DNA of 47,228 nt from an uncultured Deferribacteres bacterium (GCA_964014485.1 CAXHAT010000039.1:1-47228); one strand, 5' to 3'. Shown: positions 17,989 through 28,046, counted from the stretch's first letter. The notes: generated by a model from the letters alone, not told the origin. Numbers and translations are program-made.

Positions 17989-18411
17989 GTGAAAGTGAAA
18001 AATTTTATGACCGGGCGCGTCATCGCCGCAACGCCCAAAGCGACTTGTCAAGAACTGGCCAAAAAAATGTTGGTGGGGAATTTTAGCGGTCTGCCTATCG
18101 TAAACGAAAAACTGCATGTTGTCGGCGTGGTTTCCGAATTTGACATATTAAAGGCGCTGCGGCAAGATCGGGACAATCTGTTGAGCTCCGCACTTGCCGA
18201 AGAAGTGATGAGCGCAGACCCGATTTGCGTTGACGACGACGCCGACCTGGACGAGGCGATTGACTTGATGACAAAAAACCATATTATCCGCTTACCCGTC
18301 GTTAGGGAGAACAAACTCGTCGGCGTGATTTCACGCTGCGACATCTTGAAAGCCTACGTCCGCGATACGTTCATCACCTTGGATGCTGGAAACGTTGCGG
18401 CGCGCGAGTAG
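17989..18411 (+). CDS. CBS domain pair protein
   Basis: SGLPIVN...VVGVVSEFDIL and IIRLPVV...LVGVISRCDIL. GTG start with GAGG upstream. Confidence 0.9.
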   Translation: MKVKNFMTGRVIAATPKATCQELAKKMLVGNFSGLPIVNEKLHVVGVVSEFDILKALRQDRDNLLSSALAEEVMSADPICVDDDADLDEAIDLMTKNHIIRLPVVRENKLVGVISRCDILKAYVRDTFITLDAGNVAARE

Positions 18412-18545
18412 CTGAAAATCAAAAATCATGGCAGAAAAATGTTCGACACAAAAATTAAGCTAACGCACCTGCGCTGCACATTTTCATCATGTTTTTCTGC
18501 CAAAAAATTCTGAATAATTTTAAACAAACCATGGGCGATTGAAAA

Positions 18546-21362
18546 ATGAGTTTTCCAAAGAAAGCATCTCTCATCTTATTCCAATTTTTATTGTTTGGAT
18601 TTCTGGCGTCGGCTTACAGCCAAACCGCGCCGGAAGACAAACTGCCGGTTGATTCCAAAATCACCGTTGGCAAATTGAAAAACGGTCTGACCTACTACAT
18701 TCGCCAAAATGCAAAGCCGGAAAATCGCGCCGAACTGCGCCTTGTCGTGAACGCCGGTTCAATTCTGGAGGACGACGATCAGCGCGGCGTGGCGCACTTT
18801 GTCGAGCACATGGCCTTTAACGGCACGAAGAATTTCGAGAAGCAGGAAATCATCGATTATCTCGAACTCATCGGCACGCAATTTGGCCCGGACTTGAACG
18901 CCTACACCAGCTTCGACGAAACGGTCTACATGCTCAAAGTGCCGACAGACAGCACTGAGATCATGGAAAAAACCTTTCACATCTTGAGCGATTGGGCGCA
19001 GAACGTTTCTTTTGACGCGGAGGAAATGGACAAGGAACGCGGCGTTGTCATCGAAGAATGGCGCGGCGGACGCGGAGCAAGCGCTCGAATGCTTGACAAG
19101 CAATTTCCATTGATTTTCAAGGACTCGCACTATGCCGACCGCCTGATTATCGGCACAAAAGAGAGCCTGGAAAATTTCACCCACGAAGCGGCGCGGCGCT
19201 ATTACAAAGATTGGTACCGCCCCGACCTGATGGCCCTCATCGCCGTCGGTGATTTCGAAAAAAGCGAGATCGAAACGCTGATCAAAAAGTATTTCGACAA
19301 AATTCCCGCCGGAAAAAAAGCGCGCGAGCGGAAAATCTACGAAGTGCCTGACCACGAAGAAACGCTTTATGCGCTGGCCACTGATCCAGAAGCGCCGCAA
19401 TCGCTCATCGGCGTTTATTTTAAACATCCGCCAGCGGAAGAAGGCACCTACGGCGCCTATCGCAAGAGCCTGGTTTCCAGCCTCTACAACGGCATGCTCA
19501 ACAATCGTTTTCAGGAAATGAGTCAAAAGCCCGACTCGCCTTTCATCATCGCTTTTTCCCAATTCGGCAATTTAGTCCGCCCGAAAGGGACGTACATGCT
19601 CAACGCGCTCGTCCGAAACGGCGAGCACGCCAAAGGGCTTGAAGGTTTGCTCACGGAAGCGCAACGCGTTGACCAGTTCGGGTTCACGGCTTCCGAGTTT
19701 GAGCGCCAGAAAACAAATATGATGCGGGGCATGGAACGCGCTTATGAAGAACGCGAAAAGACCGAGTCGCGCGCATATGCCAGTGAGTTTGTGCGCGCCT
19801 TTTTGATGGGAGAGAGTACGCCGGGCATCGAGTATGAGTTGGAGCTTTACAAAAAATTCCTGCCGGGAATCACGCTGGAAGAAGTCAACGCATTGGGCAA
19901 AAAATGGATCACGGACGGCAATCGCGTCATCGTATCCAACTCGCCGGAAAAGGCGGACGTCCACGCGCCGACGGAAGACGAACTGCGCGCCGCCTTTGCC
20001 AACGCCGCCAAGAGTGAAGTCACCGCGTTCAAAGACGAAGTCGCCGACAAGCCGCTTTTCGACAAGCAGTTGACCGGCGGAAAGGTGGTTTCTGAGAAAA
20101 AGTACGATGCGTACGATATTACGGAGTGGCGGTTGTCGAACGGCGTCAAGGTCGTCTTGAAACCGACAGATTTTAAAGAAGACGAAGTGTTGCTTTCCGC
20201 TTCAAGCCCCGGCGGCAGCTCCTTGAGCTCAGACGAAGAGTATGGAGCGATTAGTGGAGCGACGGCTGCTGTTGCGCGAGGCGGCGTCGGCGAATTCAAC
20301 ATGATTCAATTGCAAAAACTGCTGACCGGCAAAGTCGTGCGCGTATCGCCGTACATCAGCGGTCTTGAAGAAGGCTTTTCCGGCAGCGCTTCTCCGAAAG
20401 ACCTCGAAACGGCGTTTCAAATGATTTATCTTTATTTCACTGAGCCCAGAAAAGACGCCGAAGCGTTCGAGGCTTTTAAAATGCAAATGAAAGGCTTTCT
20501 CGCCAACAGAAGCGCAAGTCCGGAAACGGCGTTTGCCGACACCATCAGCGTGACGCTCGCGGATTATCACCCTCGCAGCAAGCCGTTCAGCGCCGAGATG
20601 ATCGACGCTTATGATCTGGACAAATCCATCGCATTTTATAAAGACCGATTTGCTGACGCGAGCGACTTTACATTTTACTTTGTCGGTAATTTTACACTGG
20701 AAGGCATGAAGCCGCTGGCGGAATCTTATCTCGGCGGCCTGCCATCGATCAATCGTGAAGAAAATTGGAAAGACGTTGGCGTGCGCGCTCCCAAAGGCGT
20801 GATCAAAAAAGTCGTTCGCAAGGGACAGGAGCCAAAAGCGCAGGCGCAAATTACTTTCACGGGCTCGTTTGAGTTCAACTACCAAAACCGCTTCGATTTG
20901 CGCGCCATGGCCGACGTTCTCGACATCATGCTGCGGGAAACTCTGCGGGAAGACTTGGGCGGCACCTACGGCGTTCGGGTCAGCGCCTCGCCGAGCAAAC
21001 ATCCGCGCGAAAGCTATTCTTTCACGATCCGCTTCGGCTGCGATCCTGAGCGGCAGGAAGAGTTGTTAGAGCAAGCTTTCAAGCAAATTGAAGATTTGAA
21101 GAAAAACGGGCCGTCCGAAAAGAATCTCGCCAAAGTGCAAGAAACGCAGCGCCGTTCGCGCGAAACCTCGGACAAAGAGAACCGCACCTGGTTGTTCCGC
21201 CTGTCATTCTATCCGGAAAACGGCGAATCCTACGACGAAATTTCAACTTTTGATGACAAGGTAAACAACCTTTCCGCCAAGGCCATTCAAAAGGCCGCCC
21301 AAAAATATCTGAATCTTGAAAATTTTGTTCAGGTGCGCCTGCTGCCGGAGAGCGGCGAATAA
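18546..21362 (+). CDS. M16 zinc protease (PqqL-like), secreted
   Basis: Signal peptide, inverted zinc motif HFVEH, NAYTSFDETVY, ERGVVIEEWR, WYRPD, second half LSNGVKV. Confidence 0.93.
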   Translation: MSFPKKASLILFQFLLFGFLASAYSQTAPEDKLPVDSKITVGKLKNGLTYYIRQNAKPENRAELRLVVNAGSILEDDDQRGVAHFVEHMAFNGTKNFEKQEIIDYLELIGTQFGPDLNAYTSFDETVYMLKVPTDSTEIMEKTFHILSDWAQNVSFDAEEMDKERGVVIEEWRGGRGASARMLDKQFPLIFKDSHYADRLIIGTKESLENFTHEAARRYYKDWYRPDLMALIAVGDFEKSEIETLIKKYFDKIPAGKKARERKIYEVPDHEETLYALATDPEAPQSLIGVYFKHPPAEEGTYGAYRKSLVSSLYNGMLNNRFQEMSQKPDSPFIIAFSQFGNLVRPKGTYMLNALVRNGEHAKGLEGLLTEAQRVDQFGFTASEFERQKTNMMRGMERAYEEREKTESRAYASEFVRAFLMGESTPGIEYELELYKKFLPGITLEEVNALGKKWITDGNRVIVSNSPEKADVHAPTEDELRAAFANAAKSEVTAFKDEVADKPLFDKQLTGGKVVSEKKYDAYDITEWRLSNGVKVVLKPTDFKEDEVLLSASSPGGSSLSSDEEYGAISGATAAVARGGVGEFNMIQLQKLLTGKVVRVSPYISGLEEGFSGSASPKDLETAFQMIYLYFTEPRKDAEAFEAFKMQMKGFLANRSASPETAFADTISVTLADYHPRSKPFSAEMIDAYDLDKSIAFYKDRFADASDFTFYFVGNFTLEGMKPLAESYLGGLPSINREENWKDVGVRAPKGVIKKVVRKGQEPKAQAQITFTGSFEFNYQNRFDLRAMADVLDIMLRETLREDLGGTYGVRVSASPSKHPRESYSFTIRFGCDPERQEELLEQAFKQIEDLKKNGPSEKNLAKVQETQRRSRETSDKENRTWLFRLSFYPENGESYDEISTFDDKVNNLSAKAIQKAAQKYLNLENFVQVRLLPESGE

Positions 21363-21542
21363 TTTTTGAATGCGCCGGGGTGCAGAAATACGCCCCGGCG
21401 GTAAATGTGTAGCGCTTCCTTTCCGCCGCTTTTAAATTTGCGTTCATTTGGCCGAATCAGTACTTTATTTCTCAAGAGCATAAAGTTCGGCTTGAGAACA
21501 TGCGTGCCCCGAATTAGAAAACGAACTCCAGGAGATACATCA

Positions 21543-21749
21543 ATGAATGAAATCATCTTTCTTGTCGAAGATGCGCCGGAAGGCGGCTTTACGGCTAGAG
21601 CGTTGGGCGAGTCTATTTTCACGGAAGCCGACACGCTGCCTGAACTTCGCCTACAAGTCCAAGACGCAGTGCGTTGCCATTTTGAGGAGGGGAAAGCGCC
21701 CAAAATGATCCGACTGCATTTTGTGAGAGAAGAAGTTCTCGCTCTATGA
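21543..21749 (+). CDS. HicB-like short antitoxin
   Basis: MNEIIFLVEDAPEGGFTARALGESIFTEADT..EL...V.DAVRCHF. GGAG SD, ATGA overlap with hicA. Confidence 0.8.
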   Translation: MNEIIFLVEDAPEGGFTARALGESIFTEADTLPELRLQVQDAVRCHFEEGKAPKMIRLHFVREEVLAL

Positions 21750-21997
21750 AGATCCCGCGAAATATCAAAGGCCGCAAGCTTGCTAAATCCTTAAAAAAAT
21801 TTGGTTACCAAACAACCCGCCAGACCGGAAGCCACATACGCCTAACGACGCAAATGAACGGCGAGCACCATATCACTATCCCCGAACACAATCCTTTAAA
21901 AATTGGCACGCTGTCCTCGATTCTCTCAGATGTTGCTGAACATATGAATTTGAGCCGTGATGAAGTCATCAAACGCCTTTTCGGCGGCGGAAAGTAA
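21746..21997 (+). CDS. hicA: HicA family toxin
   Basis: GYQTTRQTGSHIRL...HITIPEHNPLKIGTLSSIL. Confidence 0.9.
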   Translation: MKIPRNIKGRKLAKSLKKFGYQTTRQTGSHIRLTTQMNGEHHITIPEHNPLKIGTLSSILSDVAEHMNLSRDEVIKRLFGGGK

Positions 21998-22018
21998 ACT
22001 TATTATTGAAACGTAATT

Positions 22019-23413
22019 ATGACGAATGCCCTAAATTCGAGTACTCAAGGTATGCTGACAATCGAACAACTCAAGCAAATGGTCGCGGACGAGGAAATCG
22101 AGACGGTGATCGTTGGGTTTACCGATCACATTGGCCGCATTATGGGCAAGCGCTTCGACGCGGAGTTTTTTCTGGAAGAAGCGGAGAAGCACGGCACGCA
22201 CGGCTGCGATTATCTGTTGACCGTCGACATGGAAATGGAGCCGGTGCCGGGATACGACTACGCCAATTGGGAAAAAGGCTACGGCGACTTTCATCTCAAG
22301 CCCGACTTAAATACGCTCCGTCTCGCAAGCTGGCTTGAAAAAACCGCACTCGTGATCTGTGACGTTGAAGACGAACGAGCGCATCAACTCGTGAGCGTGG
22401 CGCCGCGCTCGATTTTGCGCAGGCAGGTTGAAAACGCGCAAAAAACGGGATTCACGGCGATGGCCGCGTCGGAATTGGAGTATTACATTTTTGAAGATTC
22501 TTACAAAAGCGCCGCGCAAAAAAAGTACGACGGTCTTGATCCCGCCGGTTGGTATATCGAAGACTATCACATGATGCAAGGCGCGCGCGAAGAAAAATTC
22601 ACCGCTCTGGCCCGCCGTCATTTGAAAAAGTCCGGCATCCCGGTTGAAAACTCAAAAGGCGAGTGGGGCTTGGGACAGCACGAGCTCAACGTGCGCTACG
22701 CCGAAGCGCTGGAAATGGCGGATCGGCACACGATTTTCAAGCAATGCTGCAAGGAAGTCGCGGATCAAATCGGGATGAGCGTGACGTTTATGGCCAAGCC
22801 GTTTGCCGGGCAGGCGGGCAATAGCTGCCACGTGCATTTTAGCCTGTGGCGCGGCGAAAAAAACATTTTCGCAGGCGACAAGCAACTCGGTCCAGTGCAA
22901 TGCTCCGACGAATTCCGCTGGTTCCTCGGCGGCTGGATGGCGCACGTCCAGGAAATGATGGTTTTTTATGCGCCGACGATCAATTCCTACAAACGCTACG
23001 TAGACGCTTCCTGGGCGCCGACGCGCATCGCCTGGTGTCACGACAACCGAACCGCCGGATTTCGCGTCGTCGGTAAGGGCCAAAGCCTGCGCATCGAGTG
23101 CCGGATTCCCGGCGCGGACTGCAATCCCTACCTCGCCTACGCCGCAACGCTCGCTTCGGGTCTTGACGGCATCGCCAACAAAATCGAGCCGCCGGACATT
23201 TTCGAAGGCGACGTTTACGCAGCAAAACACCTCCCGCGCGTGCCTTACACTTTGCGTGAGGCGACGGATTTGTTTTCTGAAAACGAATTTGCCAAACAAG
23301 CATTTGGCGAAGACGTCGTCAAGCACTACACGCATTATTTCCGCACCGAACAAGCCGCCTTCGACGCCAGCGTGACCGACTGGGAGCGCAAACGGTATTT
23401 TGAAAGAATATAA
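22019..23413 (+). CDS. Glutamine-synthetase-like gamma-glutamyl-amine synthetase (GlnA4-like)
   Basis: GRIMGKR, YLLTVDMEM, WEKGYGDF, ASELEY, ENSKGEWGLGQHELN, TFMAKP, SCHVHFS, DNRT, RIECRIPGADCNPY, TDWERKRYFE. Confidence 0.9.
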   Translation: MTNALNSSTQGMLTIEQLKQMVADEEIETVIVGFTDHIGRIMGKRFDAEFFLEEAEKHGTHGCDYLLTVDMEMEPVPGYDYANWEKGYGDFHLKPDLNTLRLASWLEKTALVICDVEDERAHQLVSVAPRSILRRQVENAQKTGFTAMAASELEYYIFEDSYKSAAQKKYDGLDPAGWYIEDYHMMQGAREEKFTALARRHLKKSGIPVENSKGEWGLGQHELNVRYAEALEMADRHTIFKQCCKEVADQIGMSVTFMAKPFAGQAGNSCHVHFSLWRGEKNIFAGDKQLGPVQCSDEFRWFLGGWMAHVQEMMVFYAPTINSYKRYVDASWAPTRIAWCHDNRTAGFRVVGKGQSLRIECRIPGADCNPYLAYAATLASGLDGIANKIEPPDIFEGDVYAAKHLPRVPYTLREATDLFSENEFAKQAFGEDVVKHYTHYFRTEQAAFDASVTDWERKRYFERI

Positions 23414-23430
23414 TCAACTTCACTGGGCAG

Positions 23431-23500
23431 GTGGAGTGTTGGATTAATGGATCGTTGCTTTTGGTCGCATAATCCATCAATCCACTACTCCAGTATCCCA
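23431..23500. repeat. Inverted array of degenerate 8-nt repeats
   Basis: TGGAGTGT-TGGATTAA-TGGATCGT faces AATCCATC-AATCCACT-ACTCCAGT. Confidence 0.65.
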
Positions 23501-23531
23501 AAATTCATTTATCCTAACCAGGATTTTTAAG

Positions 23532-24305
23532 ATGCGCTTACAAGACAAGGTTGCGCTAATCACCGGCGCGGGCAGCGGCATCGGGCGAGCGACGAGCTTG
23601 TTGTTCGCTCAGGAAGGTGCGCAGGTTGTGCTTGTTGATATCAACGACGAAGCTGGAAACAAGACGCTGACTGAAATTCAATCTTCCGACGGCGAGGCGA
23701 TCTTTGTCCGCGCCGACGTTTCAAAGACTGCCGATTCTGAAAACATGATCGTTCAGACGGAAAAGACGTTTGGCAAGCTTGATGTTCTTTTCAACAACGC
23801 CGGCATCAGTCACGCCGAAGATGATGATGCGCTCAACACTTCCGAATCGGTTTGGGATTTGACTTTCGACGTTAACGTCAAAGGCGTTTTTCTGGGGTGC
23901 AAGTACGGAATTCCCGCGCTGAAAAGAGCGGGCGGCGGTTCGATCATCAACACCGCGTCATTCGTTGCGCACCTGGGCGCGGCAACGCCGCAATTGGCTT
24001 ACACCGCAAGCAAGGGCGCCGTGCTGGCGATGACGCGCGAATTGGCGACGATTCACGCACGCGAAAACATCCGCGTCAACGCACTCTGTCCTGGCCCGCT
24101 GCGAACGGAATTGTTGATGAAATATTTGGACACGCCGGAAAAAAAGAATCGGCGCCTGGTGCATATTCCGATGGGACGTTTTGGTGAAGCCGAAGAAATT
24201 GCAAAAGCGGTATTGTATCTGGCCTCGGACGATTCGTCGTTCGTCACCGGCACGTCGTTCATGGTTGACGGGGGAATTACCGCCGCGTACGTGACGCCGG
24301 AGTAG
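23532..24305 (+). CDS. Short-chain dehydrogenase/reductase (NAD-type)
   Basis: TGAGSGIG, LVDI, NNAG, TAS, YTASK, VNALCPG, VDGG. Confidence 0.95.
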   Translation: MRLQDKVALITGAGSGIGRATSLLFAQEGAQVVLVDINDEAGNKTLTEIQSSDGEAIFVRADVSKTADSENMIVQTEKTFGKLDVLFNNAGISHAEDDDALNTSESVWDLTFDVNVKGVFLGCKYGIPALKRAGGGSIINTASFVAHLGAATPQLAYTASKGAVLAMTRELATIHARENIRVNALCPGPLRTELLMKYLDTPEKKNRRLVHIPMGRFGEAEEIAKAVLYLASDDSSFVTGTSFMVDGGITAAYVTPE

Positions 24306-24310
24306 GGATT

Positions 24311-24440
24311 AATTTCCAAGCCGCGAATCTCAAAAAACAAATGATGTCCAAATTCCAATGACCGTTCTCGTTCATATTTGGAGCATTGTTCTTTCGGTAT
24401 TGTGATTTATTTGTTATTTGGCGCTTGTCACTTGGAATTT
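24311..24440. repeat. Inverted array of degenerate ~7-nt repeats (long imperfect hairpin)
   Basis: Outer arms AATTTCCAAG / CTTGGAATTT. Inner AACAAAT...CCAAATTCCAATG faces CATTG...ATTTATTTGTTATTTGG. Confidence 0.6.
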
Positions 24441-24454
24441 TAGGCGGCGGAAAA

Positions 24455-25846
24455 ATGATCCAAAAAACAATATCTCCCGTCGACGGCTCGGTTTACATCG
24501 AACGAAAGTTGGCTTCTGAAAAGGAAATCGAAATTGCTTTGGAAAAGGCTGTTTCCGCTCAGAGAAAATGGAAACGGACACCGCTGGCCGAACGCGCCGA
24601 TTTCTGCACAAAAATGGTCGACGCCTTTGTCGCAAAAGTCGATGAGCTAGCGCCGGAATTGAGCTGGCAGATGGGTCGCCCAATCCGTTACGCGCCATTC
24701 GAAATCAGCGGCGGTTTTGCTGAGCGTGCGCGACACATGGTTTCCATCGCGGAGGAATCGTTGGCGGATGTTGCCGTTCAACCGAAAGAAGGATTCGCTC
24801 GCTTCATTCGGCGCAAGCCTTTGGGCGTAGTCTTTACGGTGGCGCCGTGGAATTATCCCTACCTCACTTCGGTTAACTCGATTATTCCCGCGCTAATGGC
24901 CGGCAATGTTGTTATTCTCAAACACTCCGCGCAGACGCCGCTTTGTGCGGAGCGCTATGAAGAAGCTTTCAAGGCCGCGGATTTGCCGGCGGGTGTTTTT
25001 CAGATTTTGCATATGTCTCACAGCGATGTTGCGCGCGTCATCGGCGACGAGCGTATCGATTTCGTCGCGTTCACCGGTTCGGTCGAGGGCGGGCGAGCTG
25101 TTCAAAAAGCTGCAAGCGAAAGGTTTATAGGGACGGGGCTGGAGCTGGGCGGGAAGGATCCGGCGTATGTACGTGAAGACGCGAACCTAGAGCACGCGAT
25201 TGAAAGTCTGGTTGACGGCGCGTTTTTTAATTCCGGGCAATCGTGTTGCGGAATTGAACGCATTTATGTACATCAAGCCATATTCGACGATTTTATTGGA
25301 GGCGCAGTCGAACTGACGCGCAAATATATTCTGGGAAATCCGCTCGATGAAGCAACCACGCTCGGCCCAATGGTGCGCACGAGTGCGGCGAATTTCGTCC
25401 GCAAACAAATTTCCGAAGCTGTTTCTCGAGGCGCAAAAGCGCTGATTGATGCGGCGGCGTTTCCCGCGAACAAAGACGGTACGCCTTATCTTGCGCCGCA
25501 AATTCTCGTCGATGTTGATCATTCCATGAGCGTCATGCGCGAAGAAAGTTTTGGGCCGGTCGTCGGCGTTATGAAAGTTGAAAATGATGGCGAAGCGATC
25601 CGCTTGATGAACGACAGCGCCTACGGTCTCACCGCCGCCGTGTGGACAAGCGATCTTGACGCGGCGATACGCATCGGCGAGCAAATTGAGACTGGAACCT
25701 GGTTTATGAATCGATGCGATTATCTCGATCCGGCGCTAGCGTGGACAGGCGTAAAGGATTCGGGAAAGGGTTGCTCGCTCTCAGCATTGGGTTACGAATC
25801 GCTGACGCAGCCCAAATCGTTTCATTGCAGATTAAAGTTTGAATAG
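24455..25846 (+). CDS. Aldehyde dehydrogenase
   Basis: Start reassigned to ATG 24455. PWNYP, FTGS, LELGGKDP, NSGQSCC, EESFGP, YGLTAAVW. Confidence 0.95.
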   Translation: MIQKTISPVDGSVYIERKLASEKEIEIALEKAVSAQRKWKRTPLAERADFCTKMVDAFVAKVDELAPELSWQMGRPIRYAPFEISGGFAERARHMVSIAEESLADVAVQPKEGFARFIRRKPLGVVFTVAPWNYPYLTSVNSIIPALMAGNVVILKHSAQTPLCAERYEEAFKAADLPAGVFQILHMSHSDVARVIGDERIDFVAFTGSVEGGRAVQKAASERFIGTGLELGGKDPAYVREDANLEHAIESLVDGAFFNSGQSCCGIERIYVHQAIFDDFIGGAVELTRKYILGNPLDEATTLGPMVRTSAANFVRKQISEAVSRGAKALIDAAAFPANKDGTPYLAPQILVDVDHSMSVMREESFGPVVGVMKVENDGEAIRLMNDSAYGLTAAVWTSDLDAAIRIGEQIETGTWFMNRCDYLDPALAWTGVKDSGKGCSLSALGYESLTQPKSFHCRLKFE

Positions 25847-25880
25847 AACCCAAATATTAATTCTATCGGAGGATGATTTC

Positions 25881-26351
25881 ATGGATTGGTTGATGCAACC
25901 GTGGCCCTGGTATGTCTCCGGGGCATTGATCGGCTTGATGGTTCCGCTTCTTTACTGGTTGTCTGGAAAAGAATTCGGCATGTCGCGCAGTTTTCATCAT
26001 TTAAACTCCGCTTGCTCTCCAAATTCAAAACTGTCTTATCTCAAAGAAAATAATTGGAAGGACGAATCCTGGAGCCTTATTCTCGTCGCAGGCGTGGCAT
26101 TGGGCGCTTTCATAGCAGCGCAATTTATGTCCGCTGAACCGACGAAGTTTTTGCCGGACGCTTACTATAGCTCGACAGGCGGCTTGAAATTACTGGTCGG
26201 CGGCATTCTGATCGGTTTTGGAACGCGTTACGCGCGCGGCTGCACCTCCGGACACACGATTCGCGGGCTCTCCAATTTGAGCGTCACAAGCCTGATTGCG
26301 ACCATAAGTTTTTTCGCCGGCGGTTTAATATCAATTTTCGTGATCGGTTAA
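25881..26351 (+). CDS. YeeE/YedE-family sulfur-compound transporter, subunit 1
   Basis: GGAGG SD then MDWLMQPWPWYVSG, SAC, and LIGFGTRYARGCTSGH. Confidence 0.9.
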   Translation: MDWLMQPWPWYVSGALIGLMVPLLYWLSGKEFGMSRSFHHLNSACSPNSKLSYLKENNWKDESWSLILVAGVALGAFIAAQFMSAEPTKFLPDAYYSSTGGLKLLVGGILIGFGTRYARGCTSGHTIRGLSNLSVTSLIATISFFAGGLISIFVIG

Positions 26352-26369
26352 GGCGGAGGGCATTAAGAA

Positions 26370-26801
26370 ATGAAAAAATTGAGCATTTTGTTAATAGGCA
26401 TGTTCTTCGGCGTCGTTCTCGTGAAATCGGAAGTTATTTCGTGGTTTCGCATTCAGAAGATGTTTCGCTTTGAAGAAGCGCACATGTACTTGATTATTAC
26501 CGCCGCTATAGTGGTCGGCGCCATTTCCGTAGCGCTGCTCAAAAGATTCAGACCGCATACCATTGACGGTGAGGAAATTCAGTTCTCGAAAAACAACCTG
26601 GATAAAGGCACGGTCATCGGCGGCGTGATGTTTGGTTTAGGTTGGGCGATCACCGGCGCTTGCCCCGGCCCGATCTACGCCCAAATCGGCAGCGGCGAAT
26701 ACCTGGCGCTCATTACGTTCGCAGGGGCGTTTATCGGCGCATATTTTTACGCCGTTTTTCATTCACTGGTGCTTGTCAGGCGTAAAGAAAAGGTCGCGTA
26801 G
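26370..26801 (+). CDS. YeeE/YedE-family sulfur-compound transporter, subunit 2
   Basis: KSEVISWFRIQKMFRF..HMY and GGVMFGLGWAITGACPGP. Confidence 0.9.
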   Translation: MKKLSILLIGMFFGVVLVKSEVISWFRIQKMFRFEEAHMYLIITAAIVVGAISVALLKRFRPHTIDGEEIQFSKNNLDKGTVIGGVMFGLGWAITGACPGPIYAQIGSGEYLALITFAGAFIGAYFYAVFHSLVLVRRKEKVA

Positions 26802-26890
26802 AGAGATGCGGCGCGCCCATTCAACAGAGAAAGCCGACAAAGGCCTGGCGGCGGTTTCTTTCTCGGTTTAAATGCATTTTTTCGTTTACA

Positions 26891-28042
26891 ATGAATAAAA
26901 ACGAATTCGACCTTGAAGCTGTCGTTCAAGGAAACACAACGTTTGCACTAGCGCTGTATCGAAGTCTCCAGCGTCTTAAGGGAAATTTCGTGTTCTCTCC
27001 TCACGGCATTTCGTCCGCGCTTGCCATGACTTTTGCCGGAGCCGAGGGCGAAACCGCTCGCCAAATGGCGCGAGTTTTACATTTTTCTTTGAAACAAAAT
27101 CGCCTCCACGCCGCCTTTTCCGCCGTTCAGCAAGAGATTTCAGACTCATCCCAGAGCGGCGAAACGGTTCTTAAAACCGCCAATGCCTTACGTTTTCAAA
27201 AAGGTCTTACCCTCGGCAAAAAATTTCGTTCTTTAATACAAAAACGCTACGCAGCTTCTTTCGCTTCGCTTGATTTCCGCTCATCAGAAGCCGCGCGTCA
27301 GGAAATCAATGCGTGGGTCAAACAGGCAACACAAGACAAAATCAAAGACCTGATCCCGGAAGGCGCAATCGATGCTCGCACTCGCCTTGTCTTGCTCAAC
27401 GCCATTTATTTTAAGGGAAATTGGGCGACGCCGTTTAAAGAAGAACTGACGCAACCAAAGACTTTCCACCTTTCGACGAATGAGCAGATGCAAACGCCAA
27501 TGATGACTCAGGAAAACACTTTTTATTACGTGGAAAACGATTTGGCCCAGATTCTCGCACTCCCGTACGCCGATTCTGAATTAATGATGGTCATTCTTCT
27601 CCCTCTCCAAATCGACGGTTTGGAAAAGCTCGAAAATGCAATGTCTCTGGGAAATCTTGAAGATTGGATGAGCAGAATGCGAGAAACGGAAGTTAACGTT
27701 TCATTACCTCGATTCAAACTCAACCGCATGATCGACTTAAAGGCGGTTTTGACGGCGATGGGCATGGTTGACGCTTTCGGCGATCAAGCGAATTTCTCTG
27801 GCTTGACGGAAAACAAAAACGATCTTTACATTTCGTCTATTTTTCACAAAACCATGCTCGAAGTCAACGAACAGGGCGCGGAAGCCGCCGCCGGAGCAGG
27901 CGTTGTCGTCAAAGCAAGAAGCATGTTTGCGCCGCCCGTTTTTTGCGCTGACCATCCGTTCATTTTCTTCATTTGCGAGAACACAACGGGAAGCTTGCTA
28001 TTTCTTGGCCGCGTCATGAACCCCGCCGGGGAAATTGGTTAG
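26891..28042 (+). CDS. Serpin (serine protease inhibitor) without a signal peptide
   Basis: FALALY, NFVFSPHGISSAL, INAWV..T.DKI, LLNAIYFKGNW, hinge/RCL EVNEQGAEAAAGAG, FCADHPFIFFI, LFLGRV.NP. Confidence 0.95.
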   Translation: MNKNEFDLEAVVQGNTTFALALYRSLQRLKGNFVFSPHGISSALAMTFAGAEGETARQMARVLHFSLKQNRLHAAFSAVQQEISDSSQSGETVLKTANALRFQKGLTLGKKFRSLIQKRYAASFASLDFRSSEAARQEINAWVKQATQDKIKDLIPEGAIDARTRLVLLNAIYFKGNWATPFKEELTQPKTFHLSTNEQMQTPMMTQENTFYYVENDLAQILALPYADSELMMVILLPLQIDGLEKLENAMSLGNLEDWMSRMRETEVNVSLPRFKLNRMIDLKAVLTAMGMVDAFGDQANFSGLTENKNDLYISSIFHKTMLEVNEQGAEAAAGAGVVVKARSMFAPPVFCADHPFIFFICENTTGSLLFLGRVMNPAGEIG

Positions 28043-28046
28043 CAAA

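Noticed and set aside
21373..21400. Rho-independent terminator after the M16 protease gene
   Set aside because: A GC-rich stem (CGCCGGGGTG/CGCCCCGGCG) is present but there is no following U-tract, so it was not called.
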